From Basidiobolus meristosporus CBS 931.73 (Eukaryota; Fungi; Basidiobolomycota), in contig MCFE01000055.1 of the NCBI GenBank assembly GCA_002104905.1, positions 124,001 through 188,000 on the forward strand: a stretch of DNA of 64,000 nt, written 5' to 3'. The notes beneath the pieces are model-generated. The model was not told the DNA's origin and did not search any database. It worked only from the letters and a program-made list of their open reading frames with translations. Shown here one piece after another: positions 40,963 through 54,081 of the stretch; within the stretch, counting starts at the first letter, position 1, and each line of letters begins with the position of its first letter. The position numbers were made by a program, and so were the translations under genes.

Positions 40963-43900
40963 TCAATGGGTTGGGTTTTTGACGCTTTCAGGCTCTGCAG
41001 TCATTTTCTTCATTTGAGCACTGAGTGCAATGCCAGGAACAAAGGCAACATGGCTTTCGGCACCAATTGCCGAATTGAGCTCTGGGCCTTCTTGAGATTG
41101 GGGCTTGTCGGAAAGATCGATGTCGTTCATATTGCGATTGGGGTCCAATTGTGCATATTTGCGAACCATTTGTAGTTCCTCCATCAATGTTTGATATCTG
41201 AAAGCAAGTCGGATGTCTGGGACGTTCGTCTTGCGCATATCTGTATTTCTCTTGGTTAGAGCGATATTCAATATGAACTTAAATGAGTCAACCTACCATT
41301 GCCATCGGGGCCTGGAATATGACAGGTTTCTCCAACAAAGTGTCTCTTGACTGCCATTTCAAAACCACTCTGCAATACACTATTGCGAGCCAATTCGCAC
41401 ATATCGACATTGGAAAGCTTCCAAATCTGAAGGTAATTGGGTTAGAGAATGATACTTTGATCTGAAGCTAACAGAGGTCGTACCTGAGCTGCAACACTAT
41501 ACTCCTCGATGAGAGGCTCCTTGGTAAAGTGGAATTGAAGTGGATCATCGGTAGAAAGACTGATGTTCAAACCACGACGGAAGAAGGTGGGGAATGGATT
41601 ACGCTCGTAATTTAGGAAGAGAGCGTTGTTACTCAATGGTGACATAGCGAGACCGATCTGCTTCAAGTAGTAGAGGTACTGTAGGGCAGGAACCTTACGA
41701 AGAAGGATTCCGTGATTGATACTCCACGATGTAAGATAGGCCGATGCCAAATGGTCAGTATCACCAGCTTCGCCAGAGTGAGGACGAAGAACAAAGGTAC
41801 CTGTTGGAATGAAGGAGATGAGCTAATGTTGATCAATCGGCTAATTCACAATAGTTCAACTTACAGAATCCACGCTCTTTTCTCCAGTGGTTGAGGGAAG
41901 CGATGTTGGCAAACATATAGTACAGATAGTAGGTGTATGGAGGATTGAGTGGCATATCCCAAGCCTTGGGGAGGGGATATTTACGATGAATACGGCGCTC
42001 AGCCTTACTTTCATCGTCGACACTGTCGAAACCAACCACTCTCTGAAGGAAGATATGAAGATCGGGATGAGTTGAAGGATCTTTGGTAACTTCGAACAGA
42101 GGATGGAAAATATCTATCAAGCGATGGTATCAGCAAAAATTCAACAACACAAAGAAACTTGCTGCGTTAACGTACTGTAAACGATTTGTTCGAAGTTCTC
42201 CACAATCTCAGTGCTCTTGTACACATTGTACAAACGTGGGATTTGAATGAGCCAGCGCACATTAGGAGAGATCAGTTTGTTGTTGATGACCCAGCTGGCC
42301 AGTTTGTCCCACTCGGTAACAGATCTGGGAGCCCGGTTTAGAACGATAGAACAATCAAGTATTCAAAGCAATAGCTAACCTTCCGTAAATTGATATTCTG
42401 TACTCCGCAAGCTGATACTTGCTAGCTTCCAAATCGCCAATTACCTCTGTTCGCAACAATTAGAATCGGGTATCAATATTGTTAAATCCTACAATACGAA
42501 CAACCCACCTTTGGTGAGCTCAGCAAGATAGGATCCCTGGATCTTGTTGTCAGTCTTCAAGAAGATTTCTCTCAATCTACTCTCTCCAATAGGGTTATAC
42601 TTGAGATTGAATTTGTCAAATCGGTGGAAAGAGTCTGTATGGGCCTGTGTAAAAGAAAATCATGTGTTAACGGACGCAGCAGTGCTAGCATATACGAAAG
42701 ACCTATTTACATGCATATCCAGAGTATCAATGCTCAAATCATAGACAGTTAGCTTCAAACTCTCGAATACTTGAGCCAAGGTCAAATCCTTGTCGTCACG
42801 ATGGATAACAACATCCTAGATTACGAAACAACGTTAGTCATCAACCCATTGACCTGAATCCCACGTTGTACATACATCGGGAGTCTTCTTCAACTTGGAT
42901 TTGATGAAGCGTAACAGGTGCTTTTGGTTCATGCATGCGGAATGGTGAACGTGCGTATCTACTTTACGTACGTTGTAGAAATCTCTGTGTGGTACTCGCT
43001 GAAGAAAACGGTTTAAATTCCCATCCAGGTAAATGTATGGGATAAAGATACATTACCTTGGAGTCAGCGATTTCTTGATATTCGTTTAATAGCGCGTACA
43101 GATCCCACTTGCTCTCAAGGTAGCGGAGTCGATCAAAAGCGAACGATTTATTTTGGCCATCAGATATGACACCTAGGATGTATTCTAGGTCCTGATAGTA
43201 ATCTTTGATAGATGGGATGCGATAAGAGGGCTTTCCCTTCTCCAATTCTGCGACAAATCATTAAAACTAGGCGTCAAGTAAGATGATTACGTGAGCCTAC
43301 GAACCTTCTTGGGAATGATAGACTTGATATACACCATTTGCGTCCATTTTGAATTCATACTTGAAGATCGTCAGATAATGAGCCGTTAATTGTAAACTCT
43401 GAATAACCTTCGTACCTGGTGCTTCTCAGGCATTTTGAAATGAGCTTTGTCAAAGTCATGACCGACTGAAAACTCGCCAGACTTCGAGCCTGGAGGGGGC
43501 GGTGGGGGATAGATTTCCCACCCAGGATGGTTTCTAGGATCATCGGTGGGTCGTTGCAAGGACAGAGCCATGTACTTGTCACGCAAGTCCATACATTTCT
43601 GGATATTGGTATAGATTTGCTTTAGCTCCTCGTTGTATTCCTCATCTAGAATGAGGGTTAGTTCCATTTTCATTCGCGATAAATGAAGGTGGACATACCT
43701 TGGACATGCATAGCCTGATAGGCAGCAACCAGGGCTTGAATTCCTTGAGGGGTGCGATTGTCATAAGAAGCTCTACGAGAAAGAATAGGCTCCTCCTCGG
43801 TGGCCTTGACCTGGTGGGCAATGATCTTGGAATCCTCCTGTTGTTGTGTTTAGGATTAGAAAACGCCAAGCTAAGGTGGAGCGAAGGGATACTTGCATGC

Positions 43901-44022
43901 TTCAATGCTTTCTCAGCATGGTAACTGTAGAAAGGGCTGTTTGGGTTCAAGGACTCGTCGGTTGAGAACAGAGACTCATCGGTATCAGTATTTTCGACGG
44001 ATTGAGTATCAAGATTCTCCAT
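40963..44022 (-). CDS. AMD1: AMP deaminase
   Basis: [66 protein letters not shown]. Multi-exon, start MENLDT at 44022. Confidence 0.93.
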
Positions 44023-47000
44023 ATTGACTTGAAAATTAGAAACTCCGGGTGACGGAATGAAGCGGCTTTTATAGTTCCAGCTGAAGTAAGAATTATCAGG
44101 AGAGACACCAAATAGGAAGATGACCAGACAGATACCCAATCTTGCATAGTTAAATTAAAATTTTTCTATCATATATCCAGTTTAATCCGTGGTAGTATCA
44201 ATCCCAACCTGTAGCCATAAGGAGATGTTTTCGCTTACAAGACCATATTTGGATCACGCTGTGGCTGCATCAGGTTGATTACGACAGTCTCACAGGACCA
44301 GCTTGCTGAAATTGATGAATCTCAATTTTGCAAAAATTTCAATCGTGTAGCACCCAATAGAATTCGTCATCTATCTAATGGGATTTGGTGGAATGCGCGA
44401 TGTCTGATAAAGTCGTATTTGACGGCCAGTAAGATTGCCGCCAATGAGGACCTGAAACCACCGGATGAGTAGTTCGCTAGGGATCATTGGCCCGCGTGGA
44501 TGGCATCCTGATGGCCGTTGGGAGAACTAGATTGGAGTAACAGAACGCTACGCAGAAGGCATCCCCAGGAGATTAGGTTGAGCAATTCATGTCAACGCGA
44601 CCAAGACATATTGGCCAGAAGTAGCAACGCACTCTGCCCGTCCTGGGTGAAAAAGGAAGCTATGTTACTGCTGTGTGGTCGCACAGGTGCCGACACACAA
44701 GGAGAATAGCTACTATTTTAAGATACCTAGGTTACTCCGCAATTCATTTCAAAATGATAATCCTGGTGGAACGGATGTTCTCAGAGAAATGTTACATGGA
44801 ACGCAAGAGCCCATAAATGGTTTCATTCACAATGAAGCTGCGGCCGATAACTTGTCCTTTTTAGCCTCACTTGATTGTTGCATCGGTGGCTTGAGCCACT
44901 TTGCGAATTAGCTGGGTGAGGCTTGTGTTGTTGGATCATCGACTACCATCTCGTAGGGCTCAATCGTATTGCAGTTTGGGGTTCTGGGTACTAGAACATC
45001 TCTTACATCTCTTATTCTGAATAGAACGGAAGCGATTTAAGGTTATCTGGCGAGATGTACCAAGCGTGGCTTGATGTCAGTGTGGCTGCACAAACCAAGC
45101 ATGCCTGGGAAGGAGCCATTCGACACAAGGATGGGGGAATTTTGTTCCTCACGAGGTCCCAAGTGTCACTAGCCATTCTGTGGAAGTGGCCATTTGGATG
45201 TATCACATGTGAGTAATAATCGTAATAGATACTACTCTATTGCATATGCGTGCCTATATTTATCGGCTTCTGTGAAACAGGCTGATTATGGAAAAATCCT
45301 CCAAGAACCATTACCATATATCTGGTGAAAAAAAAAACTTTAAATGCCATGAGAATCTTGAGTAGCTTAACGTCGTATCCCGTTCTATAGCACCTTCTCC
45401 ATATAGAGCTGCAGAGAACCAATATGATTCGCCTTTCGCAACGCAGAGTGATTCTCTAGACCGTAATAGTTGTTCAAGAAGTCCGGGCCCCTTGTAATAT
45501 TAGACTGTTGTGCGGGCTGGGGCTCCGTAGCTAGTTTAATGGCAAGGAAAATGTAACCATCAACCAGAATATGCGGATTTGCCTGCGAAAAGCCGGGGTT
45601 CGTCTGTATAGACAAAATATGCGCTGGTTTTAGATAACCTTGTTCTGTTCAATGAATTTTTTTCAATGCAAGTGATCTCACTCCTACTGGATTCAGATTG
45701 TAGCCACATGTATGGAGATTGAAAGCAGAGTTGTTGTCGGGTTAGGTAGACCTAGATCGATGAAGATCCCTGATCATAATGTGCTTAGCCTGCGATGTTT
45801 TTCCTTAATACATGCTCATACGTTTGGGGACTGCATTGCTACCATTTTCAGTATTTGTATTGGCAGGATGGCGTAACCTCATTTTTACCTTGTGCATATG
45901 GCTTGATTGGCTTGATTGGCTAGATTGTTTATACACCATTTCTCAAGCACTGCAGTGTTGAATGTATCAAAACATTGGCAAGTCTAGAATTTGACGATGC
46001 ATCTTCCTAATCCATTCCAGGTAGTTTCCAACGTAATCTAATGATGCAGTTCATCGAAAATCGTTGCAATCAAAAATCCAAGGTGTTCTTGAGAGCTGGG
46101 ACCAGTCGTGTTTTTTTGAACCTCGATTATCATTCATTCCCCTTCGGAACTTGTTTTCAGTTTTCTCTTCGGCCCAGAATAGGGCTTCTCCAAGGATTTA
46201 CTTGCTCCTTTGGCTTACTCCTGCTAGAAGTAAGTGCTAGGGGGCCATAACCGCGCCCAGCAACGTCCCAGAGCGTCCACCAAAGCCCTGACCTGGCACC
46301 CAAAGATGTCCCAATAGATTTTATGCTGATTCCCCGGCTCACTCCTTTTCAAGTCATCTCGCACACTTACCTATTTTAGTTATATTGTCTCCCTATAGAT
46401 TTTCAAAGATTCGCACCTTTGCGCTTGATATATAGAATCACAGATGGTTCATTGGTCCTTATCGACAAAAACAGACAAATGACCGGCCTTTCTGCTAAAG
46501 TAAGCAACTTGGGACAGCTTAATGACCATTAGAAATATGTACGAGAAAGATCTCTCTATAAGGATGTGAAGGATTTTTCCACAATAGAGGCTAGTAAACT
46601 AAATATTCCAAATGAATAACATGTATTATGGTTTTGCACTTTGCTAATCTTTTGAGCCTAAATCCTGAACAGAACGCCGCAGCCACCTCAAGAATCAAAC
46701 AATTTTAAGTTAGGTGTATTGAAAGAGCAGGTAGATTAAGCATAAATAGTATGTTTATACTTTAACTAGATCTTGACAAAAAACATGTAGAATATGTTTT
46801 GAAAAATCCCAACATGTGTTGAAAGCTTGGGGGTTTTCGGACAGCTTTTATGTTCTGGGCACGGGGCATTTTGGTGTAAAACAAAGCTTACTCATAGTGT
46901 CAGATTTAAAAATTAGTCAAATGGTTATTACAGGATAAAGTAGCTGCAGTACTTGCTTATCCAAGCTACAAATCAACTATTTGCGCATATTTGTTCATAT

Positions 47001-47378
47001 TGGTCAGAAAGGCATAAAAATCAATTGGAGTGTTTGATACAGTGTGTTTCATAATGTATATATATCCACCAATTTCATCTGTGCCAAATGCCTTTACAAG
47101 ATACTAGGGAGTATTGGAAGTGATTTGGAGATCTAGAAGAATTGCATGATACTCACTTTCTGCTTTACTGAGTGCAAATAAAGTATTTGTACTTTTGGAA
47201 AAGCATTGTAAGAGTAATGCTCAAAGTACATTATGAAATGTTACCAGAAGTGGTTTGCAAAGTTTGGGGGCTTTTAACAAGTTTGAAAAATCTTGGTAAC
47301 TATCAGACCTTCACTTGGATAACATCTTTGGATTCTATTTAGCTTATTGCTAGTTTGTGGATTATATAAGCTTTAGTT

Positions 47379-48297
47379 CCCAAGATATGCAGTGTTGTAA
47401 ATTTTGTAATTACACCTAAATATTCACCTAGCTCAGCCACTTGGATCATAGTCTACAAATTTTAGAGAATTCTGGTCAGACTCCTTGCTGAGACTTACTT
47501 GGAATATTTTCACCAAAACATCAGGTACCCAGAGCATGAAGTATCAATAAGTTCTCCGCACAGCGCCAATTCTTGCACACATGCTATTGGGACCTTCTTG
47601 AATATATTATACATGTTCGCTTTGCCAAGATCGTATATAAGTATAAATATTACTTTTACATTCAATAAGCAATATTTAGCATACCGACAAAAATGCTCTC
47701 AAGATGGATCAAAAAAGCTTTTCCTATAAGTTGGAAACTTTTGGGAGGGTTTGGGATATTTTGCAGCATACAGCCTTATTGTATAAATGAAGAATACACG
47801 CACAATACACACTTGGTAAATAAACATCCGCTCCACAACAAAGAAAGCACTCTATCTCAGATATTGGGTAGCAAGTTACTGAACTAGTGATTTGTAACCA
47901 ACAGAATTCAGCTGCTTCTTATTGTAAGAGTTTTGGAGATATTGAAAGTGATTGAGAGAGCAAGTAGATTATGTGGTTTTCACTTGATGCTTTTTTGAAT
48001 GTAAAAGTAGTATTCATACTCTTACATAGTCTGTGCAGAACAAATATCTGGAATATGCTTATGAAGGTCCTAAGAGCATGTGGACAAGTTGGCCCAAAAA
48101 CATGTGTGCAAGGTTTGGGGCTGCTTAGACAACTAATCAAAATTTCATGTTCTAAGTATCTGATATTTTGCTGAAAATATTCTAAGCAAATCCCAACTAA
48201 AAACTTGCTCAGAACTCTCTAAGATTTGTAGGTAATGATCCAAGTGACTAAGGTGAATATCTAGGTGTAGTTACAAAGCTTACAACACTTCTCTTGG
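47379..48297. mobile_element. Foldback/MITE-like relic: diverged inverted repeats of about 290 bp (47379-47665 and 47995-48297) around a spacer of about 330 bp
   Basis: The reverse complement of the left arm (TTGAATGTAAAAGTAATATTTATAC...GAAGGTCC...CTGATGTTTTGGTGAAAATATTCC...CAGAATTCTCTAAAATTTGTAGACTATGATCCAAGTG...TTACAACACT) matches the right arm (TTGAATGTAAAAGTAGTATTCATAC...GAAGGTCC...CTGATATTTTGCTGAAAATATTCT...CAGAACTCTCTAAGATTTGTAGGTAATGATCCAAGTG...TTACAACACT). The TE class is inferred. Confidence 0.65.
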
Positions 48298-49984
48298 CCT
48301 ATGTGGTGCAAGTCTGGCATATGTGATTATATTAATTTAGTCCTTGAACCTAACTATTTCATGATCAATATATCTGTTTGGCCCACTTTGGATACTTTCT
48401 TCAAACAATCAGTGGTATATTCTATTTCTAAGCTGTCCAAAAGCCCCCATACATTTCCCACGCTCTGTTGGGACATTTCCAATCACCTTTTCCAGATTGC
48501 TTTGCCAATATCTTATGCATATGTAAGTATAGTTTTTGTGTTTGATATATCATCAAGTGTATTTTGCATGATCCACTAGCTCTCCTAATCATTTCCAATA
48601 TATCAAAGATCCTCACAATAATAAGTGAGTATAGAGAGTCTGGGAGCAGCAAGTGAGAGAAAACCTGGCAAGAATATCTGAGTGACACCAGAAAATTGCC
48701 ACAAGAAAACCTTGAGCCTAGTTGTTTCCAAGAAATTACAAGTATACTACTGTAGGCAGTATAATGACCCTGAGCCATATGCCATTACTATAAATTACAT
48801 TTGCTTTTCCGCAACGCTTTGGCACAATGATTTTCGGTTGTCAATGGGGGGGGGGAGAATATCATCAAAAGCAGGCAGCGACAAGGTCAAAATAGAGGCA
48901 AAAAATTCAAATTGTGGTAAAAGAGCAAGGATGTAGAGGATATCGTATCGATCAGAAATTTCATTTAGGGGTTTGTAATCATGCAATCTGATTTTCGAGG
49001 AAACCCCAAATGGAATTCATATATATTATGATAAATCGAGCATTTACAAGTAGTTGCAATAATACCATTTTAAAGAATGTCTATAGACATAAGAATAACA
49101 ATTTCTTGCTATATCACGCTTAAGAAATGGACATGTACAGGAAGAAACCGATCGATAAACATAACATTCACTTTGAATAAGTCAAAGAGCGATTTCACTT
49201 CGTGGCCAAAAATCACCAAACAACATTAAAAGGATAAATACGATACTATCAATATTTACTTGATAACGCGTCATTAATATCAGTACAAGCATTTGGAATT
49301 CCGAGGTACTCTAGCAGAATCATACCAAAACCAAGAACGTTTGGACCAAAACAACACTTGGCTAACCGATTCAATCTTACTTCCAACTGCAGCCACAATT
49401 ACGCCCAACCATCCTGAACTATTGACTGGCAATGAAATTCACCCGTGAAAAACACATGGTGAAGTTCCTTGCATTATATGTCCGAAATGGTTCAGGATCA
49501 CTCCAAAAACCTGCAAGCATCGCAGCACGGTAGCACACACTCGTCACATATCCAAACAGACACCTTTGGATGAGAAATTCAGTCAAGACCTGATGAGATT
49601 ATTTGCTATGAACGGGGTTTCTTTTTTGGCTTCACCGGGTCGCACAATCATGGAGAGTCGTGTTACTGCAGGCTCGGTTGTGATCACAATCAAGTCGCAA
49701 TATCAACCTAGGTTTTCATTTAAGTTAGGCTTGATAGGACAACTTGTGTGGGTTCAAAGATCAATAACAGCTCAATATACTGGCGATCTTGTTCACCCAA
49801 GGATGGTGCTCTCGTAATACATAGTTCGACCCCTGGAAAGATCCAACACCACCAACCAATATCAAAAACCCGAGAGATTCCCAACTGATCAGATCGTGTC
49901 CGTGAAGCGAGGCGTGACGAGTATTTAAAAGTGCCATTGGCACCCTTCAGCCCACTTGGTCTAGCTTCCAACGGCCATACTAGA

Positions 49985-50852
49985 ATGGATTATGAACACG
50001 AGATGTTTCCGCACACCATGAACATGGTGATATCTGCTTTGTCCATCCCTATAGGCTTGTCGAATACCATCAAGAGCGTTAAAATGCTTCGATGCGAGAA
50101 CGCGTTCATCTACCAGCTGAACCTGGCTCAATCCTTCATCCTCCTGGTAAGCAAATTGGCCCAATCCATCTTTATCCTTGGTTATCTGTCCGAATGCCAG
50201 TTTGTAATCTTCTTCGCTGCGATAAGCTACTACCTGTCCACGATGCTAATCGAGGCAATCCTGATCACCAAGGCATATTATGCCAACATGCGCTCCAAAT
50301 TGATCATGGGGACTGGTGTTCTTATTGAGCTGGGTAGACTTTGCATCCACATCTTCATCTTAATTCACATCCAGGCCACGTATACGACCCTCGGATCCTG
50401 CTTCTCCTTTGGAACCAACACACTCTTCACCTTTCTCGTTGCTACCGAGGGATGTCTGGTCATCTTCTTGACCACAGCATTCATATGTGGGCTCTGGCGT
50501 ATCTCCCGTGAACAGAGTAGTGGAATCTACTATAGCCTTATCAAAGATGGCCTGATCTATTTGCTTGGGATTTGTCTAGTGATTTCGATCATTATCTTGC
50601 TGATTGCTACCGACGTGGCGCCTCCCATCAATGGCTATTTCTTAGACTTCGGCTGTAAGTGAGCGTTTTTCAATGTACAGAGACTATGTAAAGAGACTGA
50701 TAGGGCTTGTATTTCAAGGGGCCACTAGCTCCCAGCTCATAACCGAGCAACTTTACGAGTCTCATCGACGACGAAAGAAAAGAAGCGACAGGATGAGCCG
50801 CAGTCACATCAACAGCGGCCAGGATTTTCTTTCGGACAGGCTGTATGAATAG
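49985..50852 (+). CDS. Orphan 7-transmembrane (GPCR-like) protein
   Basis: About seven hydrophobic segments with paired extracellular Cys (SECQ, LGSCF). Intron 50655-50718, last exon WATSSQLITEQLYESHRRRKKR with a basic tail. Confidence 0.65.
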
Positions 50853-52939
50853 TACGCCAGCGCATGTGGTTGGTATGTTGGAGGCTGTGTGGCGTACCCG
50901 TAGGGGTTCATTGCGACGAGCACGAATGCGGCTAATGTGTAGTGAGCCATCGAAGTCTGCTAGATTGGCTAGTAAAATAAATGTTTGATAGAAGCAATTA
51001 GTCCTGCAAAGGCGATTGAATGGTCGTACAGGCTCTTGAACATATCGGTACGGCACCTTATTTGAACCAAACATGTGGTACAGCACGTTGTCTATGACCA
51101 GAATAACGCTATGCTGTCTGAATCATGAATCCAACAAGATTTTCACCTTTCTGATTTGCAACATCAATAGCTGTTCTCACCGTACATCATGCGTATATAG
51201 CTTGGTGGAACAGAATAGTGATTCGGCGGCCCAATTTATCTACATCTCCTCCCTATATGTCATGATAATCTCTCAGGATTACTCCCTAGCACATAATTGG
51301 CGTATGGAAGGTTGGTTAGATGAATCTAGAGTAGATGGTAATTACCTTGGGGTTGCAGCGGTTTCCCGCCCATATCACTTCCATTGGTTAGCCGGAATTG
51401 GGTCGCCCATATGAAAATATCCCGGTTGTTGAGGGTTCAGGCCATCGTGCTACTTGGCTGCCCTGTTGCAGAGGAGTTGGCGAGCCGTAGGGAATTGATG
51501 GGCCGTGGCATGGTGAGATTTCGTCCTGGAGCTTTTTCATTTTGGAGCCCGATTCGTACGACAATCTCCACTGATTCTAGCGAGATTAACCCATACTCGA
51601 GAGTGATTTGTGTTGACGATTTGTGTCCGAAAATGAGCTATATGTAGCTATGATGATCTTCATGCCAACGTGGTATGTTTCCAGTGTCTCACTGAGCTGA
51701 TTGGAGCCTCGCATTTTAGTCGATTCCTCTGCAACAAGCCAGCCACGAGATACACAATCCACTGACTTACTCCAGACAGCGTTGACACACTCCAGGTCAA
51801 GCCAGTGTAGTTCTGCACGAGTATATTCCACGAAGATCCGAGATCACACTGATATATCCTCATATTCCGGGTTGTTTGAGATCTGCTGGTTGGGCCGTGG
51901 ACTGTAATGACAATAGATCGTTTATTAAATGGCACTGATGGTGATGCTAATTCCTAGATTCCCGACTGCCTTATGAGGGTTGATTTGGCAGAGAACGCAG
52001 CGAACGGTGCCAACTTGACCGTTATAAATCGAGGCAGTCGAAGCCAATTCGCTGCTCACAGAGACTTCAAGTGCAACCTAATAACAAGGAAATAGATCCA
52101 CCCATCTGTTGCCTCAACAGCTAGAGGTGTATACCACCTGTGGCTATAATGGTTTTCTCGTAGTGCGAGCCATTTCCTACTGTAGGCAAACTAATTAGCT
52201 CCAGCCGCTTTCATTGATGATGGAACGCGCGGTACGAGTTCCTAAAAAGTCATCTCTACCCAATAGGTAGCACACATGGCGATACACACCGGCTGTGATC
52301 AAGCGTAGTGAATAACATAACTGTGGTAGGCTATTTGAGTCTAAAAAGGTCACATTTGGGGTTCTTGCTTTGGAAGTCATCGAGGTAATCAGGTTCACAG
52401 TACGCTGAGCAAACCAATATAGTCCCCGTAAAATGATCACGAGGGTTTGGGCTTAGATCGGGTGATATGAATAGGCCAAAAGCCTGTTGTGGCACATTCG
52501 TCTAATAGCTTACTGGAAGCACTCTATCGCGTTGATCCTTTTTTGCACTTGGGTACTTTCATCACAAGATGATCAGGAAGTACGTAGACTAGGACAATCA
52601 TGCACTTCTAGAAGCAAAGAAATTTCGATCTTTGTGTACGGGGTATCATTGCTAGTAAGGCTCAAGCATGTATCTATTTCCGTATGATACTTTCAAATAT
52701 TGACCGATGCTCGTACTATCACCAGTGCGCAGCCATACTTTGCAGCGATCAGCTATATACAGATTGCGATAGTTGACTAGATGTACAATATATACTATAC
52801 GCGAACAATCAGTGTTTTTTATCAAACCTAAAGGCATCAAGACCTGCAATCTGAGCCGGGGGGAAATAGGTCAACAGAAGCACAAAGATGCCAAGTGGTT
52901 GATTCTGCAGATATCTAATATAGATGTATTTTGAGATTT

Positions 52940-53350
52940 CCGCATATTAGATAGTTCAGAAGCAAGATTTCCCAGTCGTTAATACTCCTAGGTATTGTAG
53001 TTTTCAAAGGATGCCAAACCGCTAACCCAGTGTATCTTTTGCCCACCAGTTTGAAGTGTTGTAGAGCAGTGGCTCCATCTTCTGTCTTCAAAACGTCCTT
53101 GGGTTCACCAACATGGAATCTTTGAAAAATAATTGCAATGTGTTGACAATATATCATCTAACTGTTACATATACAGGTATGGAATTCTCCAATTTCAATT
53201 CACATTCAAACCTCAAGCTTTTAGAAGAATCTGGCTTACATCCACACCAGCAGGGCTAGTAATGGCAACTGTTTGATCATTCTGATAATGTATAGCGTTT
53301 TACATTTTTTTGTACTAAATGGTAGACACGCTGATATCAATCCGATAGAT
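52940..53350 (+). pseudogene. Possible decayed paralog of the 49985-50852 7TM gene
   Basis: Fragments SKISQSLILLG and LAYIHTSRASNGNCL align with SKLAQSIFILG and LIHIQATYTTLGSCF, in the same order, among stops and frameshifts. Confidence 0.3.
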
Positions 53351-54081
53351 GATCCACAAAGGTATGTCAGGTAACTTACCTCAAGGTTGCTGCCTCTATG
53401 AGCATGTATTCGTCTCATTGTTTGAGCTTTGAATGGTAGAAATGCTGTGGAATAGGTGGATATTCCCTCCTATTCATGGTCGGCCCATAGTGTTATCGGT
53501 CTAGCACATTCTTTGAAAGTAGAAATGCTTGGAATTGTTCTTCTGAACTAGATGCATAATTCATTACGAATTGGATGAATGCCATGGACCACCAGATGTG
53601 CTTTGTGTATACCGGACGCTAATTTCGTAGGTGGTGCACACCTCAGACGATTTGGTTATGTCGTGCAGGAAACCCAGGTTTGGTTTTGGATCACACGCTG
53701 GCTATTTGTTCGCTGTAGTGGCTAAGCCACCATACAAAGAAAATGGTTTTCTATGGAAGCGATCTTGGTGAATTAATAAGGCGTATGGAAAGGAAGGCTC
53801 TCCCGCAAATTACGTTTCAAACTCCTATTCCCGCCCTCTTCATTCAGTGGCGTACAATTTGGTGGGAACATTATTATGTTTGGGCTTGCGTCATGTAATT
53901 TGTTCAATTAATCAGGTGTCTGTGTCTTACTCGTGACCGGTACAACGTGTTGCCATCCTTTTAAACAACAGTCACCACTCTGCTCTCTCTTACAAGAGCA
54001 GTCTTTAGTAGTGTTTCCCTTCCAACACTACGCATATACAAACTACCCATCTACAGACATCAACCCCAGGATTCCTTTCAA

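Noticed and set aside
44200-45000. Stop-riddled minus-strand frame containing IVNETIYGLLRS, faintly like copia RT (LYGLKQ)
   Set aside because: No flanking RT motifs and no LTRs.
48300-48990. Protein-looking minus-strand frame next to the inverted repeat (possible transposase relic)
   Set aside because: About nine stops in about 170 codons, near random expectation for AT-rich DNA; no DDE or other motif recognised.
53482-53520. GGCCCATAGTGTTATCGGTCTAGCAC...CTTTGAA resembling a tRNA-Gln 5' half
   Set aside because: No pairing anticodon stem, no GTTCRA T-loop and no acceptor 3' strand; at best a relic. tRNAscan-SE would settle it.
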